A stretch of 60,670 nt of DNA, filler included, from Sphacelaria rigidula (lineage: Eukaryota), in NCBI GenBank assembly GCA_964200075.2. It is 4 parts of 4 records of this genome, joined end to end, with 100 filler letters (N's around TTAATTAATTAA, not from the genome) between each part and the next. Parts side by side here need not be neighbours in the genome. Positions count along the whole stretch, not along the records: positions 1 to 15,094 come from CAXNAA020001908.1; 3 more parts are not named here. One strand, 5' to 3'. Below are positions 1-12,220 of the stretch, one piece after another. The translations under genes and the position numbers were made by a program. The notes under the pieces were generated by a model. The model was not told the DNA's origin. It ran no database searches and worked only from the letters and a program-made list of their open reading frames with translations. Position 1 is the first letter of the stretch; each line of letters starts with the position of its first letter.

Positions 1-27
1 GATATCGGAACGGTTTTCAATGTGAAG

Positions 28-58
<31 letters not shown>

Positions 59-59
59 C
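28..59. repeat. (CAA)n microsatellite
   Basis: About 10 perfect ACA/CAA units; explains the poly-Thr of ORF 22..432. Confidence 0.95.
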
Positions 60-1070
60 CTATCGCGTGCAGCGAGCGGTGTTCTTTCTCGAGGAAGAGT
101 TTGCTCTCGAGTTCATCATAAAATTATTGATATTTCCGCTTGATTCGTTCGATTATCTATACGAGTATATATTTGCACCGGCAGTTCATCAGCGCACACT
201 ACAGTCGTACTACATGGAACTGAAAAGATACAAGAAACATGAAGCAAGACGCAAGATGCCAGATAAACTGTGCAAGATACGAAGCTGTACTTCTTCAGTG
301 AAGGTGGAAACTACAGGCGGGAGCCAGTACTTCGCAAGTAAAAGCACGTACAGGATACTTCTTCGACTTTTAATCCGTCACGTTCTCTCCTCTCTGTGCT
401 CACACGATGGCGACTCTCGAGGTCGCTATTAATTCGTCGTGTATCTACAATCCATAGCATGCCGAAAGATACAGAAAACTGTGTACAAACCCCGCGCGAT
501 GATATTGTGCGACCCCAAGAATTGATCATGTGGGGGTGGTATTCAAGGTAGGAGTAATATGCGATGTGCTCCGATACAGTACTGTAGATACAGGTATGGG
601 GTCAATCTCGGGGGTCAATCTCCTCCCCCCAAACTATGACCCTAGGTGTTCACCTCAAACCTTCAGGCGCCTATGCGCCAGCAGGTCGTTCTTGTTATTT
701 TCTTTTTCCGCCAGGGGTTCGGAATACTGTAGTTGTTACACATGAATAGACAACTCCTCCAGAGAAATAGGTCGTTGCCACGCATAAACAGGGCTTCATA
801 GGTAGCCGTGGATAAGATAAGCCACGATCAGTGGTACTGTCGTCTCAAGGCAGAATATTTTCCAACAGTTCGGTACGGTACAGAACAGGACAGGACAATA
901 GCTGTGATCGCACCGACAATGGTACATAGACGTGGTTGACACGCGTAGCTGTTGCTGAACAGCTAAACGGTATGTCGTCTTTGGTTGGGGGTACACGTGC
1001 CGTAGGCGACGCGTGCCGGTGTGGTTGGGTAGTATTTAAACTTCATGTCTGAGGTTTTCGGATAAGCCCC

Positions 1071-1101
<31 letters not shown>

Positions 1102-1904
1102 GCCGGCACCCCCCCGCACCGCGACCGCCGCCCCCCCCAGCCCCCCCCCCCGCCCCGCCACCACCCCNNNNNNNNNNGGCGACGGGTGCGGGTGGGGTTG
1201 GGTAGTATTTAAACTTCATGTCTGAGGTTTTCGGAAAAGCCCCCTGCCCCCCCCCCCCCCCGGCCCCGATAGCCAACGGAGCAGGACGAGCACAAGCTGA
1301 CACGCACACACAGGCAAGACGCATGAAACGGCAGCGGTGAGCTTACCACCCCTCACAAACCCCTGCCACTCAAGCGAGATTGTGACATTGGAGAGCTGGG
1401 GGAATGGAGCGACTTCGGTCGGCTTTCTGCGCTTACTGTGGACATGTAGACGAGAAAATGTACGAGATTTTCAACGGCTAAACCAGTCACCCAGTTGCTG
1501 CAATCTTTCAGGACGGAAACAATAATTCGCGAGTAATTAGTCTCAGCACCAATGTGGCCTGGTGGCGGTCATCTACGCCGAAAGTGGTCATCCTCCGGAA
1601 CCCTGTGGGATTGTCAGAGGCCGGATCCTCGGAACAATTAGCCTCGGGTGCCTTGAGGATCAAGGGGCTGATATTCGACGTACGCGCGTTATACAACGTA
1701 TTTCATGGTGCTTCCGTACCGTTTCCCTTTCTTTTTCGTCATACTTTCATCTTTGACCCTTCCTCAGGGCAAGTTTGTAATCCCAGGAGTTCACCCATCT
1801 CTCACTCGGTACATGCCTCACATTTTGATATCGCGGATTGGACTAGCACTCGCGCCCCGCGTCGACTTTCTGTCAGCAATTTCCCTTGCTACTGTGAAAT
1901 AAAT

Positions 1905-2130
1905 AAAAATGACTTCACGGTCGACGAGGGAAACGAACCGCTGATCCCCTCTCGCGATAAAAAATAAGGCAAGCACCGCAGAAGGAAAGTGGAATACAAA
2001 ACAAAGAGAAAAAAATAAGATCCTGTGTTGGCCTTTATCCTGTATGACCCCGGCTGATGCGCCCACATACACGTTCCGAAAGGTGTAGACTGCCGTCCAA
2101 AATAGATGGGATGGTGACACATAACATGAC
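1905..2130. repeat. Dispersed non-coding repeat (SINE-like/unclassified), copy 1
   Basis: Shares motifs GACTTCACGGT.GACGAGGGAAA.G.ACCGCTGA.C..CTCTCGCGA.AAAAA, GCACCGCAGA.GGAA.GT and CC.GCTGA.GCG.C.ACATA with 3420-3625 and 37955-38180. Confidence 0.85.
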
Positions 2131-2504
2131 ACAGTACCCACACGTCCGTCACGTTCCCAAGACGGGAATAAGATAATCCCGAGAAAAATACGTACATTAT
2201 CATATCTAAGTGGATTTGAATCTCCAATCCCGTCCAAACCCCTGACCGGTTATACGATATAACCCGCTTTACCCCGGTGGACTTATGGCCCAACTGTTTC
2301 CATAGGGATGGAGAATACGCGGGTTCGATTCACGCCAGATGCGGTGGGATGTTTTCCTAAAAAGTGTCTGATTTCCGCCGCTGAAAGCGTGAGGATATGA
2401 GTAGACAAAAATAGTTTGTTTGACTGGGTTTTTTCCACGAGAGGGGATTCGGTTCGGGAGTGCTGATCCAATCCGCGAGACCAAAGTGAAAGGCGTGTGA
2501 CGTG

Positions 2505-2790
2505 GAGGGGGGGGTGTACTCACGATCTTGCATGCCGTCGTCTTATGATCATTGACCTCGCATCCCTACAAAGCCGGGACGGAGTACACCGGCTTGTCGC
2601 CGGACCAGGCGCGAAACGCCGTGATGTGTTTGGCGAGTCGCATCAAGGGTGAGCTGCATACTGCTCAAGATTGTTTTGGCCCGGAGCGTACTGATTATCT
2701 TGCACTTGGATGATGGCCTCCAATGAGTTGCTTCACTTTCTGGTATCACCAACTCCAGAGACAAGCCACGAATTATACTGCCTCATGGGT
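2505..2790 (-). mobile_element. 3' end of a non-LTR retrotransposon (LINE), degenerate
   Basis: Minus strand reads ...VPAL*GCEVNDHKTTACK, homologous to the LINE C-terminus ...GCVVNGQTTWASNK* at 53414. Followed by a C-rich tail; a close copy lies at 30215-30287. Upstream limit approximate. Confidence 0.6.
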
Positions 2791-3419
2791 GTTTCACCAT
2801 TCAAACACTACGTAGTATGATCATCCCCTTTGCGGGGAACTGAGGTTCTTCACCCCGCACAATATGATCCAGCTCGACCACCATCATGGTCACCGCACAA
2901 AAACGCTAGCTAAAACAAAAGCAGTGACCCGATTGCCTACCGTACGCGGTGACTCGCGTGTTTTACAGCGTCATTGCCAACCGACGTCAACCTTTAAACG
3001 GGATGCATGCACCGGGGAGAGACGGGTCCATCCGTTGAGATCACGGACTCGTCCCGAGGAAGGGAGGGGTTGGAAGTGTGACGACGAAAAAACAGAGTCG
3101 AACCACCGGGACGCGTAATGCAGGTCCACAAGGGACATGCCGAAAAAATGTGATTTCGGCGGTACCCCAGCAGGGCGCCGAGTTTTTTATTACAGCAGTA
3201 CCCGCAATAATTTCATCTTACCGCTGTCTTTTCAGCCGCGTACCGTACCGTACCGCAGTATTTGATCCCGCATACGCGACAGCAAGAAATCACCCGTCCA
3301 GTAGCGTGTCCAGTAATGCACATCACAGAGCGCCGAACATTGTGCACCATACGAGTAGTGATACCGCGAAAATCGAGGACCGTATCGTGCATGATGTGCC
3401 AAAACGTGTTGTGAGTACA

Positions 3420-3625
3420 CCAAAATTGACTTCACGGTGGACGAGGGAAAGGGACCGCTGAACCTCTCTCGCGATAAAAAGAAGGTAGGCACCGCAGAGG
3501 GAAGGTGTGGTACATATTTTTTTTACCGTCTAGACCTTCGTTCTGCGCGATCCCGGCTGATGCGTCCACATATTCCGCAATGTGTAGACTGACGTCCAGA
3601 ATAGATGGAGTGGCGAAACACAACA
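3420..3625. repeat. Dispersed non-coding repeat, copy 2
   Basis: Same orientation and motifs as 1905-2130. Confidence 0.85.
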
Positions 3626-5082
3626 TCTTGCGGCGATTTTTCAGATACCACGGCGCTAAAAATTAAACCTTGTGACACGTACTGTCAGTAGAGCTTGTGG
3701 GGAATGTTTACGCTTCTATAGGCAGGGCAACGGGACCGCTTAAGAGTATCACTGCGATACTCGTTGAAAGCAAACACTGCTGCGCTAGGCAAGGTGAAGT
3801 TCATGCACGATCACAGTCATCATGCCCTCTTGCTCTGGGATGTACTGAGACCTACTTTTACAGTACAGAACAGCGCACTGTCATGGTACAGATAGTATAG
3901 TGCAGCACAATAGTAAAAGTACTGACAGTGAAGTCCGAGGTGTCCTCGTGCGCTTCACGCCTGTACAAGATCTGCTTTTTGATTCCGAAACGACGCTTCA
4001 TTTGGGGATGATTCTCATGTCAAACAGGCACCAAGTCGAAAATAGACCAGAGTCAGCGTGAATTAGACAAGGAAATGAGATGCAGCTTTGAGATATCCAA
4101 CTGTCCAGAGGTGTGTGGGCATAATTAAGTATTGGAATGGGTATAAGAGCACGACACCCCCCCATCTTGGGTCAGCAGGATATACACATGTAGTACTACA
4201 GGAACGTAGCGCAGCGAATGTTTGTGTGAGTGACGCCTCTGTATCCTCGCCACCGCGTCCCAAACGAAGTCAAGAAAATAATTCAATAAATCTTATCTAG
4301 CCCGGAAACGAGACAACTCACATTCACAGAGCTGGTGGGGGGAGGTGGGCTTCCATGCCGACTGCGCTTGGTAGGCAAAGAAGGCGTTCCAGCACCTTTT
4401 ATCATGCCGATATCACGAGCAAATCCACTTTTGTCTCCCTTTTGCGTCCTGTGCTATGTATGGACTCGCTCAGTTGAAGACAGCTGCGCAACAACTCAAG
4501 TCTAAGCTTCAATCGAGAGACCTACGTTGTTGAAACACCATCCTCATGGGTCATACAAAAGTATAGACGTTGTTCCAGAGTAGGTTGATAAAGATAATAG
4601 GAAGCACGGCCTACAGGAAGGCTCGCACCTCTCTTGTTTCGACAGACAACAACGACTATTGCTCCACAACAACAATTGTCTTATGTCCTGCGGCGAAACT
4701 GGTACAAATGCAACCCACGTACCTTTTCTATGTGTATACCTTTTCCATACCGGCGGTTACAAAACACGCCTCGACAAAAACACAACACAAGTTTGTTCAA
4801 CCGACAGTCGACAGCTGACCAATGGGTAGATAGCGGCAAGATAGCGCTCTTGATCGGACACAATCAATACCGAGATTTTTCCACTTTCGACCGTCGTTTT
4901 TTAGCCCGACCCGACACCGAGACATGTCGCCCCCCGCTCACTGATGTACTACTGACTCTTGTTCTTCAAACACACGACAACACAGACAGCGGGAAGAATA
5001 TCACCTCCAGCGCACACAACAACACCGACAGCGGGAAAATCATCGCAACTGCCATCATCATCGTCAACCCACTGACATCACC

Positions 5083-5305
5083 ATGTCGGAGCCCGTGACT
5101 AAGAAGCAGAAAACGCCCAACACTCAGTATGACCAGCTTGCAGCCCTCACCACCATAGTGGCCGACACGGGCGAGATTGCTCAAATTAAAAAATACAAAC
5201 CCACCGACGCAACGACTAACCCGTCCCTTCTTTACAAAGCCGCGAGCGCGCCCGAGCACCAGGATCTGGTCGATGATGCTATCACCTACGGGAAGGCTTT
5301 GGAAG
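5083..5305 (+). CDS. TAL1: Transaldolase, exon 1
   Basis: MSEPVTKKQK...TTIVADTGEIAQIKKYKPTDATTNPSLLYKAA contains the ADTG and DATTNPS transaldolase signature motifs. Donor GAAG|GTGTGT, phase 1. Confidence 0.95.
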
Positions 5306-6132
5306 GTGTGTGTGCATCTGTGGTCGGGTTGCTGTTGTTGCCGTCAGTTGCGTTGGTGTTGGTGTCTATGGTGTTGGTGTTGGTGTGGTTTTGGCTCATC
5401 ATGTTTCTCTTTGATTCATGAAAATTGGACGACGGGTTTGTTTTTGCGGACCCTCTCCTGTGCAACGTCGCGGCATAGATTCGATTTTCATGTTGTTTCG
5501 TGTATGCCGACTGCCTTGTATGTTGGGTTTGTTTGCTGTTTCCCGGGCGAGTGTGCTCTAGTGTTACGAGAGCGAGAGATGACGAGAGAGTCCTCGGGAG
5601 CGGGCGGCACACTGAGAAGCGACTCCTGTGCATTTTCCGTATCAAATGACGACATTTGTATGCCGGTTTTCGATGTACAAAATCGGATGTTCGTGTCGGG
5701 TAAAAACGCATCATTTTGTCCCGTTGTCTGTACAAATTATATGAAAATGTAGTTCTGCTGGGCTGTCATGCATGGGGTTCGCTACCTGTACGCAACGACG
5801 CAAGCGACGTCTCTTGGCGAGTGAACTACCAACATGGTCTGTCGCTGCTTTTGCCCATTGTTCATGGGTTCGTTGATTCAAATTGCTGGGACGTGCTCAT
5901 GTGATGACGGTACTGTCCTGTCTGTTATAGTATTGTTATCCAGTATGTCATGAACCCACGGGGAGTCGGCCTAACCAGGCCTTCACGAAACGCCGCAAGA
6001 AACCCGAACAGACGCCCCTGTATACAGTACCTTGCAGGTGCATGGTAATGTAACGACCACTTACAGCAGTACTAACCCCAGTGTAAACAAATCTGAGGTC
6101 GTGCACCGACGGTAGAGTACTGAAAACGTCCT

Positions 6133-6307
6133 TTGCTTTTGGCCCAAGAATCATGGATTATTTGGGATGTAGAAAAGACGGAAAACTACAAAAACAAAAC
6201 TGCGAGACGAAAACGCGTTCTCGCAGTTGGGAAACTATCAGCCTAACCCGAGACTACCGTATTATACTTGATTTTGGCCCGCCCTTACGGTTAGTCACTC
6301 TTGCCCC
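6133..6307. repeat. Split direct repeat (candidate B2) of the YR element
   Basis: TTGCTTTTGGC.CAAGAATCA.GGATTATTTGGGATGTAGAAAAG...AAAACGCGTTCTCGCAGTTGGGAAACTATC...GTCACTCTT.CCCC, repeated at 6656-6826. Confidence 0.85.
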
Positions 6308-6655
6308 CGCCCCCCCTCCCTCTGTCACCTCATCCATATAATCCGCACCCTGGTGCCTCCCTCCCTTGAGCGGTAGGGTGGTGGGCGGGAAAAATCGATC
6401 AAGTCCCGGGGACTTGTGTACTACTGAGACTGCTGGCGTGTCGCTGCCTGGTCGACTGGTCTCGAGTGGTACTGTCTGCTTCTTTGGTGCTCTTGCACCA
6501 GACCAGTCTCGCTCGCTTGGACAACACTCTACAACAGTGGCACCTTGGCTACACGAAGCCTTACATTTTTTTCCAAGTTCGGCATACGCCAGCGTACATC
6601 CCTCCTAATTCGTCATCCGCCAACACAAACCTCGTACTCTTGCAGAATACACCCA

Positions 6656-6826
6656 TTGCTTTTGGCTCAAGAATCAGGGATTATTTGGGATGTAGAAAAG
6701 GAGAAAAACTAACACGAGATAAACTGCGGGACAAAAACGCGTTCTCGCAGTTGGGAAACTATCGGGCTAACCCGAGACTACTGTACTTAATATTGGCCCG
6801 CCCTTTCGGTTGGTCACTCTTACCCC
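6656..6826. repeat. Split direct repeat (candidate B1) of the YR element
   Basis: Direct copy of 6133-6307, roughly 85% identical by eye; lies about 75 bp after the YR stop codon. Confidence 0.85.
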
Positions 6827-6901
6827 ATTGGGCAGCCCGATCTATACCCTCTATCCAACTCCTCTTTTTCCTCTCTTCACTTTTCATCTTTTCATTGTAC
6901 T

Positions 6902-7950
6902 TTACTCCCCAGCGAGTGCCTGCGATACGAATTTCGCTTCTTCGCCCCCCGCTCTCACGTACGTCATGAAGGCCAGCGATTTCCACCTCTACGCCCTCTG
7001 GATCTGCAGTTGCGACGCTCCCTGCGCCGCTAGATGTGTCGCCCCTCGGATCCTACCGGAGTGCAGCGCGCACTGCGTCGGGTCCCTCCCTGTATACTGG
7101 ATTTTTTTTGCCCAAGCGCGCTCGTCGCGCGCGCCCGTGTGACTGCTACCCATCCGGTCGTACCTACGGTCTGCATCAGTGGAGCTTCTGCCCCCAACTC
7201 TGAGTGGTAGTCAAGCAGCTCGAGTAGGAGCTCTAGCGCCTCCATGTCTTCAGACCTGTCGGTGCCCCCGCGCACTTCCTCCTACTCTTGTTCGAGTTAC
7301 CACTGCCCCTAGGCGTTTTTGGTCCGCCATGGAGGCTTTAAAACGCACCTCGACTCTATCAGCCAGGCCCGTGTCTGACCAGATCAGTTGGGAGTTTCCT
7401 TTGAAGAAGGTAAGGTCTCCCCTCCGGAGGCAATAATCTGGATGTACCGAACCATCGTTGTATGCCCAGATTTCGGAGGCCCTACACAGAAGAAAATACG
7501 ATAGGGCTAGGCCTATGCATGTGACTCGGCTCTGCGTCGTATTCATATCTAGCATCCTCCCTTCTACCAACGGCGAAAGCGTCAGCGGTTTTCGCACGCG
7601 GGGGCTTACTTCCGATTTTCCGTGAGCTCGATCAACCCCCTTGAGCACGGCCGTTATCATACAGTGTTTCATAGGTAACTCCCAACCGGTATACATCTTG
7701 TGGTAAAAGCTTATCGCTGACCAATACCCCCGCACTGTCCCCCTCCGGTTCTTGTGGGTAAAAAGCCGCTACGCAATAAATTCGGTAATATCGATTACCG
7801 CGCGAGCCTCGCCGTCGGTCCTTGACATATATACGGGCTTTTCTCAACGTGCCCTCCACTCGGACCACGTTTCGAACTTTTTATCGTACCCGTTTCTTGT
7901 GCTGGCGTTAATCGACGCGTGGGCTAGTAGTTCTACTAGCTTCGCAACGC
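6902..7950 (-). pseudogene. Tyrosine recombinase ORF of the retroelement
   Basis: LSYFLLCRASE (catalytic R), VEVRFKASMADQKR, ALHSGRIRGAT (HxxR), RWKSLAFMTYVR (catalytic Y). Has an in-frame TAG and frameshifts; start approximate. Confidence 0.9.
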
Positions 7951-8149
7951 CCTTCTTGTCTCTAGCGGGGCCTCCCTTTTGTCCTGCAATGGTATCACGA
8001 GTTCAGTGCGAGTTCAGTCTTCTTGTCTGGGCATTATGTTCCGAATGTGTTCGTCTATGCTGTGCTCCAGAAGGTTTCCTTGCAGAATCATTTCGATTAT
8101 CCCTCTGCCTCGATTTCCTAGATCTTGCTGATTCCCATTGAGGTCCCTG

Positions 8150-9960
8150 ATAACCGTGCTACCCTCTCGGCAACCTCCGACTCCGGCCATCCCGAGATGC
8201 CGTCTGCTAGTTTGTTTTTGACGCCGGATATATGATTCGCTATGGTACACCACCCGGTTCCAACTTCCATGTGTCCATCATTCTAAGCAGGAGGGCGGCG
8301 CGTCTGTCTTTCGAACCCCCGCACTTATTTACCCAGTGTACGGCCGACGAGTTGTCGCCGCGCATCAGGACTGGTTCCCCTCACTCTGTGGGTCTTTCGT
8401 CTTTAAACATCTGGATACAGTAGCGCAGGTGGTCATGAACATTCCATACAGTTCTAGTAGATTGATCGTGATCACGCAGGTCTCTCTTTTTCTTTCTTTC
8501 TTCTTCAGTTCGCATGTGAGCTCATGTGGAAAAGAGTATCGCCAGAATAATCCTAGCTCTGGGCAGTATCATCGTACCGCTGCCAGGCTCGCGTCGGAGA
8601 TGTATCTACGAGATGTGGTGCGTTTGGTGTGGGCAAAAAATGGGGCGCTAAGCGATTCACCGCGTTGCACCAGGTTCTCTGGATAGCCCATTTCCAAGAA
8701 GCGATATCCTCGTGAAACTCTCGTCCAAGGTTTACTGTCCGTCTCACCTTACGTTTTCTTTTTGCAGCTACATGTAGGTCGGTGAGGCGTAGTAGTTGCC
8801 ACACGAAGTATTTTCCAGGTTTTGCAACCAACGTGAGGTTCCAGAATTTCCCAGCTATGCTAAGTACGCCTTGCTGCGGTCGCGCGTGTCTTGTCCGCGG
8901 GCCAGTCGCGCTCCAGCATTTTTCTTATAGCTTCGACTTTTTCTCGAGTGACCGCTATCCTCATGGTATGTGTGTCGATCGTGAATCCCAACGCGTCTAC
9001 GGTGGTGTCCAAGTTTGTACTTTTTTGCGGTGCGAGAATGGGTATCTCGCCTGGCTCTCCGGGACCGAACAGTCTGATGTGGTCTGACGCTAGCGAAGTT
9101 GAGGCCACTAGCGCCAATTTATATTGCGCGCCGTGCTTGACCCTTGCTAGAATGTAATCACCCACGTATACGCTAACGAAAAAGGGGTCGTGCAGTCCCC
9201 CCCCCGTTTGCTGGGGGAATGGCAGCGTCGGGCGGAACCTGTGTAGGTGTCCCTTCTTCCCAGGGCTTGACTATGGTCACGGGTTTCATCATCTCTCTTC
9301 CTTTTTCGAGTATTGCGGCGTCGAGTATTGCGGTGTTGCGGTGTGCGTGCTCAGTGGCCTGTGATGAGAGTCCCCAGTAGCCGGGGGATCCCGTCCACCC
9401 GAACGTGAGCCGAAATTTTGCTACTATAACGTCGTCTACCACGTACCAGCAGTTTTGCGCCTGGTCGGACGCGATCCTAACATTTCTGAATGCATTCGAG
9501 ACATCCGCCTTTGACAGTAGGATTCTGCTATCCGGAAACTTGACGCGTAACTTCAGGAGTTCATTCAATAGCTCTGGGAGTGCTTCTCCGCACAGGTATT
9601 GCGGTACCTCATCCACGATCGTGTCCCGGTTGAGGCCCCCTTTCTCCGCCTTCGGTACGCTGGGGTCAAACGAAAAATCGTCGATAATCCTGACTTTGCT
9701 AGTTACTACTGCCTCACTCTGAGGCCGCTGATTTCGAGCGCCGCCCTTTTTTAAAAGACCATGCATCTGTTCCTTCGTACATCCTCTACCAACTTCTCCC
9801 AGGCTTGAGACATATGTTTCTCGATACAACGGTGATTACCGTATTTTAGCGCTCCTCGAAGATCGGGGTCGCGGAACGATGTGTTCATTGGGACTCCGTA
9901 CTCCATCATCGACTTTGTTGTCGGGCGTGGGCGATGCACAATGGAACTACGTGATCTAGC
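8150..9960 (-). pseudogene. Reverse transcriptase / RNase H ORF of the retroelement
   Basis: KVRIIDDFS, KADVSNAFRNV, RLTFGWTGSPGYW, SVYVGDYIL (YxDD degenerated), ALGFTIDT. RNase H motifs ISDAS, INLLEL, LMRGDNSSAVHWVNK, NKLADGIS. Frameshifted. Confidence 0.9.
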
Positions 9961-10170
9961 GCTATGACGTAGTTTAGGGTTGCTACATGCGTTGGTACTC
10001 GTGCTCTCACCCTGGAAGAAGCTTGCCGCCCCCGACTCCGGTTGGGAGGCCTGGGCGATACCCACCGACCTCGCTGAGTCCGTGACCGGTGCTCCTCCTC
10101 CCCCCAGACTGGTAGGCCCCGCCGACTGGCGGGGCCCGCACCCTCAGGTGCCCCGCCTGGCTCCACCATT

Positions 10171-11000
10171 TCAACCGAAGTTGTGGGAAAATCGTGCCAC
10201 TGTACTCGCTGCGGCCGCCGGTGGTGCTGGTGTTTTTGCCATCGCCGCCGCCGGGGCTGTTGGTGTTATCTTGACCGCCGCTGGCGGCTGGAGGGGCGGG
10301 CCTCCGACGGCTTTGTGCTTGCTGGTGTGGTCCTGGAGGTGGCAGCCGCGCCCCCGTGGGCACGTGAGGCCCTGCCATGCTCGCAAGCAGACGCCCGCCG
10401 GCGGGGCCCATGACGCCAAGTCTGTGTTGAAATCCGTGTTTGGCGGGGTGAGGTGCAACTACTGAGGCGGGTACGACGGAGGGTGGGGGACGACGCGTCT
10501 TACCGCGTTGCTCGCGCCTCCGTCGGGGAGTGCCTCCCGTTTGGCGGCTGTCTTGGGAGCGGGCTGCGCCGGTGAGCCTGCTACGGTGAGGCCGGGGTTC
10601 TGCCGTCCGATGACGCTGCTTAGGTGCCGTCGGCGGTGAGCGTCTTGACGCGGGTGAACGCTGGTACCAGCGCTGCGGGTCCCTGCCCATTGCAGGTTGG
10701 GGCGGGAGGTGAATCCATGCGCAGATTCATCCCGGCGTCCCTGCAGCCCGTCAGCCACCTGTTGACGTCGTGGTTGAAGTCGGTAATTATCCGGGTTTTG
10801 ACGGCCGTCTCGTCTCTGTGTAAAGCGGCGTAGTTTTTCCCGGTGTATGCGTCAAGCGCCGACGCCATTATTGTCAGCTCCCCCGTGATGACTCTCCTAT
10901 CCCGCCCGCTGTCATTGTCGTGGGTACCGAAGTTGATGAGGATGGCCAGCGCCTTGGTGGATGTAGTGACGTGAACCTCGGCGCGGAAGTATGTTTTTTT
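10171..11000 (-). pseudogene. Gag-like ORF1 with CCCH-type zinc finger
   Basis: CLRAWQGLTCPRGRGCHLQDH (C-x8-C-x5-C-x4-H) in a Pro/Ala-rich ORF upstream of RT; frameshifted. Confidence 0.65.
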
Positions 11001-11258
11001 ATGCTGGGGGGCACCGAGGAGTGAAAGTTGGCGACATCTACATCGGTTAGCGTCTGGAGATAGGGAGCATGTCGCGGTTTGTCTCTGCTACATCTGGGAG
11101 TTTAAGCTTGGGGTTTGCATCCGACATGGGAATGGGGAGCATGACGGGGCAATGTGCTTAGCAGCCACATCTTGACAAATCCTGGAGTGGGATATTACGG
11201 CACCTTTGCCTTCTTCTACATGGAAACGAAGCGATCCAATGTGGTCCAATGGGTGAAA

Positions 11259-11438
11259 TATTCCACACCCTGGACAATATATGGTCAATAAATGCAATAG
11301 ACAAGAAGTGTGCTGCATAAAGTATAGGCCTGTTGCAACTATTGCCGGCCGACAATACTCGCAATAGGCTTGTAGTTTATGCAGTACGTTTATCGTCTAT
11401 TGTAACTTTTGACCATATATTGTCCAGGGTGTGGAATA
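11259..11438. mobile_element. 180-bp palindromic MITE bounded by TA
   Basis: TATTCCACACCCTGGACAATATATGGTCAA ... TTGACCATATATTGTCCAGGGTGTGGAATA; arms pair almost to the centre. Related termini at ~17672, ~26338 and ~51840. Confidence 0.85.
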
Positions 11439-11546
11439 CTCTTCCTCTCCGTATGCACCAACAGCTCGCAGCGCAAATACCGCCATGGGAATGTGTTGGT
11501 CTTGTTTGTCAGCATAAAAACATATGTATTTGTGTGTCATGTTCCA

Positions 11547-11549
<3 letters not shown>

Positions 11550-11585
<36 letters not shown>
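11550..11585. repeat. (TG)n microsatellite upstream of the exon 2 acceptor
   Basis: About 18 TG units. Confidence 0.95.
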
Positions 11586-11588
<3 letters not shown>

Positions 11589-11621
11589 TTCAACTTCCGT
11601 TCTTGGTGTTCGTTTCTGCAG

Positions 11622-11801
11622 GCGTCTCTGATGATGAGCGCGTATCGAAGACGATGGATAAGCTGTCCGTAAACTTCGGGGTGGAAATTCTCTCGCTGGT
11701 GGAGGGGTATGTATCGACGGAGGTGGACGCCAGACTGAGCTTCGACACCGAGGGCACTCTCGAGAGGGCTTACAATATCATCTCGCTGTACGAGGCTGCG
11801 G
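11622..11801 (+). CDS. TAL1: Transaldolase, exon 2 (later exons are not in this segment)
   Basis: Acceptor TTTCTGCAG|GC; GVSDDERVSKTMDKLSVNFGVEILSLVEGYVSTEVDARLSFDTEGTLERAYNIISLYEAAG; donor GCGG|GTGAGC. Phase 1 matches exon 1. Confidence 0.95.
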
Positions 11802-12220
11802 GTGAGCGAGCGAGGCCATTTCTCCCTCTTTTTTCTTCTTTTGAATTTTTTGTGGTTTTATTTCATGTTTCTCGGTTCGTGTTCATTCGAACGAAGCCGG
11901 TACGTGAGTGGCGTTCGGTTCACGTCTGAGACCCCAGGACGAACAGAACTGCCGCAGCTGGTGATCTGCTGAAACCAATGGGTTACATACAGATGTTTTA
12001 CCTAATCTTGAGTTGAGAGCTTAGCTGACGTGTCGTAGTATCTTGGAGGTAGGTGTGTCCGAGTTCGCCGCCAATATATTCATGTTACATTTTTGAAAAC
12101 GGCTCACCCTAACCTTAAACCCGACCCAAGGCATACTGAGAACCATAGGGTGTGCGTCGGCAGATCTCGATTCGGCATCCCCGGCACCGATTTCGACAAA
12201 AGCGCGTTCTGTGCACGCTA

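Larger units (their letters stand above)
6133..11050 (-). mobile_element. Ngaro/DIRS-group tyrosine-recombinase retrotransposon (inactive) in transaldolase intron 1
   Basis: Order on the minus strand is gag-like ORF, RT, RNase H, tyrosine recombinase, then two ~170-bp direct repeats at the 3' end. Many frameshifts and stops; 5' limit approximate. Confidence 0.9.

Noticed and set aside
1010-1262. Duplicated ~55-bp block plus poly-C on either side of the N10 gap, and Gly-rich ORF 1043..1324
   Set aside because: Typical overlap or low-quality sequence around a scaffold gap next to a homopolymer; not credible as coding or as a real duplication.
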